Assembly: GCF_006345805.1 (NCBI RefSeq)
Contig: NW_021835148.1
Coordinates: 1-39,094 of the forward strand
Direction: 5' to 3'
DNA: 39,094 nt
Origin: Octopus sinensis
Taxonomy: Eukaryota
The translations under genes and the position numbers were made by a program. Of the stretch, positions 36,590-39,094 are shown in pieces; position 1 is the stretch's first letter, and every line of letters begins with the position of its first letter. Under the pieces are notes generated by a model. That model ran no database searches and was not told the DNA's origin. It worked only from the letters and a program-made list of their open reading frames with translations.

Positions 36590-37103
36590 GTGAGTTTGCG
36601 TGTTTATTTTTTAAAATGTTCATTGTCATTATATTATATGGCAGTTGTATATATCTGTGAAATAAATGAGTGGACATATGTAGATGGATGAGTTTGCGTA
36701 ATTAAATATGTATAGCATATATATTAGGGACGTGGTAAATAAAAACGAAGCCATTTAGGAATTGGGACAAGAAAAAGAGAAAACTCTTGACTTGGCAAAG
36801 GTTCTCCTAAAGAATAAGGATTTATATTTACTTATTCTCTTCAATGCATTTTTTTATAATTCATTCTTTTTCATTGTCGCTTCACTCAGGTGTTTCTTCG
36901 CTCATTTATTCCCCTAAAACTTTGTCTCTCCTTTATTATTTCTTCGTTACGTACCGAGTTACTTTTCTTCTTTTCTTTCCTTCACTTACTCTTCAATGGT
37001 TCGTTACTTCTGTATTTCTATCTTTCTATTTTCCTTTCTTCTCCGTAATTATTGCCTTGAATGTATGCGCTATTTCCTTCACCTGTTTTTACGTTGTTCC
37101 CAG

Positions 37104-37118
37104 CATAGAAGTATTATG
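37104..37118 (+). CDS. Tentative last coding micro-exon (15 nt): IEVL + TG
   Basis: Strong acceptor tttttacgttgttcccag; moderate donor TG|gtaccc. Confidence 0.4.
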
Positions 37119-37588
37119 GTACCCTTAATAGAATTGTCTACATTATATCTAATATTTTGTATAACATATCTTTTTTATGGTTTTAAAATGTTTATTTCTT
37201 TTTGCTCTTCATTTTATAGATTTTGTCATTTGTAACTTGCAATCTTTGTTTCTTAATATCTTAAGCCCACCGAAAACATCAAAGGTTTGTTATTCACTAT
37301 GGCTAGAAATATGCTTTTTTTCTAAAATTACGAATCATAGTATTCTAAATTCGAATCACAAACGGTCGTTTTTTCCTCCCTTTAGACTCTGTAGATATCG
37401 AGTTGGTATATGAATGCCTACCTGTGCTGAAAAAAAAAACACAAATGTGAGGCCATTAAATTCTAAGAAATATTGTCTCGAATTCTGGTACCTCGGGAGA
37501 AATTACACACACACATCTTTATTCACCATATCTATCATCTATCTATCTATCCATCCATCCATCTTTCCATCCATCCGTCCATCCATAT

Positions 37589-37660
37589 ATGTAAATATGT
37601 GACAGCTACATGTTCGGATAAGCGTATGTAAATATGTGACAGCTACATGTTCGTTTAAGC
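37589..37660. repeat. Tandem duplication of an about 35 bp unit (atgtaaatatgtgacagctacatgttcg..aagcgt)
   Basis: Direct reading, two copies. Confidence 0.85.
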
Positions 37661-38119
37661 GTGTTTCCAAATAATTGCAGTTTCTTTTTGAAATGCAGAT
37701 TTTAAGTTCTATAGCTGCACATGTACATAGAGCTTGGGGAAATGCTTCACCAGCAAATAATAAAGTACGATACTTTATTTCGGTATATTTGTCTCATAAG
37801 AGAGATCTGTTAAAAGGAGAGATCTGAAGTAAATATGCAGAGAAAAGATTTGAATTCACATACATAGAAATTATTTCTCATCTCGGGTAATCTTCAGCTA
37901 TTACCATATCAAATACAGTTATTGAAGAACTTTATATTTCCTGCTTGGGAAATATTAGAGTTGTTTGTCGTCTGCTATACGTGTGCTAATATTGATTTGC
38001 CCAGGATTCGAAACAAGGTGTTTATCAGCCACTACATACCTCATACTACGTACTGAATTGTCAAATGTCTTTTCACCTGGCACAGCGCCCTACTCAAAAT
38101 CATTATGTAGTAATTTTCA

Positions 38120-38300
38120 TTCTCGGACCAGGTTTCAGATCTGTTCTTGAGCAAGACACTTTATTTCACGTTGTTTCTCTTCCTTCAGCTGTAGAAATGA
38201 GTTGTTATGCCACTAGTGCGAAGCTGTAATGGAGGTGGCGTGGAGAAGGAAGGCTGGTATCCATAAACAACCTTTTTCGGAATGTGCCTCTGAGGTTGAC
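38120..38300 (+). mobile_element. SINE fragment
   Basis: ttgagcaagacactttatttcacgttg...tcagctgtagaaatgagttg, recalled as an octopus SINE core; not database-checked. Confidence 0.45.
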
Positions 38301-39094
38301 TTTATATTTGAAATCCCATTTTGACTCATGACCGACGTGAAATAGTTTTTTTTCTTTTTACCCTTTTAATTATTCACTCCATACAGATATTAATAAAGGA
38401 TCTTCTAATTCCTCACTATTAAATCCCTAAATATCAATGCAACAATACACTACTGCACAATGATCCAGCCTTTTGTCTGTCAGAATTATAACATAATTTG
38501 GCAACATTAAATCCATCAACATACAAAATATGACATTGCAGTAAATGTTAGTTTCTGCAAGATAAAATAGAGTTGCGTGTATAAGCGTAGCAGTCTATGA
38601 TGCTGTAGGATTCTGGATTTGCTCTTCTTAGCAGAAAAGTATCTACTTTTCTTTGTGCGCCACTCTGTTAGCAACTCTTGGACCGATCTGTACAGATATT
38701 GGTTTCTTTAAAAGTACCATCTTCCTTTACTATCATTATTATTATATTTCAAAAAACTACAATGCTTGTTTTATTTTCTCCTACTCATGCCTGGCATATA
38801 CTGATTTATCATCGCTTCATTAGGTATAATTGTTGGAAACTCTGAGTCATATACAGAAAAGATCCATAGAACATATTAAGAACAAACATTCTAACTGGTG
38901 TTATGTACCAAATGAAAAGACTGGAGAAATAGGAAAGGAGCAAAACTTAATTAAGTATTCGAATATGATATATCATGAATTGATCACATTGTGTGTCAAT
39001 TGCAGATTTAACAAAATGACATTGGTCTTCGTATCTATTAGAATACCCCTAGTTTTCATGCGTCATGGACTTGGATTTTATAGCAGGCGTATCT

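Overview
Eukaryotic, AT-rich, repeat-dense genomic DNA. The SINE/MITE families look like octopus (cephalopod) repeats; this is from recall, not a database search. The long ORFs in the supplied track are mostly microsatellite artefacts or retroelement fragments. Main result: a + strand spliced gene appears to run through almost the whole window as about 16 well-supported and about 9 tentative short exons (12-135 nt). Every one is a multiple of 3 and is flanked by phase-2 introns. Nine of them are open only in the phase-2 frame. I recognise no homologue. Its putative introns hold: a Penelope-like element (RT + GIY-YIG); four distinct families of type-I hammerhead ribozyme motifs, one with an A3-U8 core covariation; three R4/Dong LINEs stacked in (TAA)n microsatellites; two CR1-type LINE remnants; mariner fragments and MITEs; a 1.6 kb TIR element with a 6 bp TSD; a Helitron end; and many SINEs. 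No rRNA, tRNA gene or CRISPR array is supported. Frequent single-base frameshifts suggest either decay or residual long-read indel errors.
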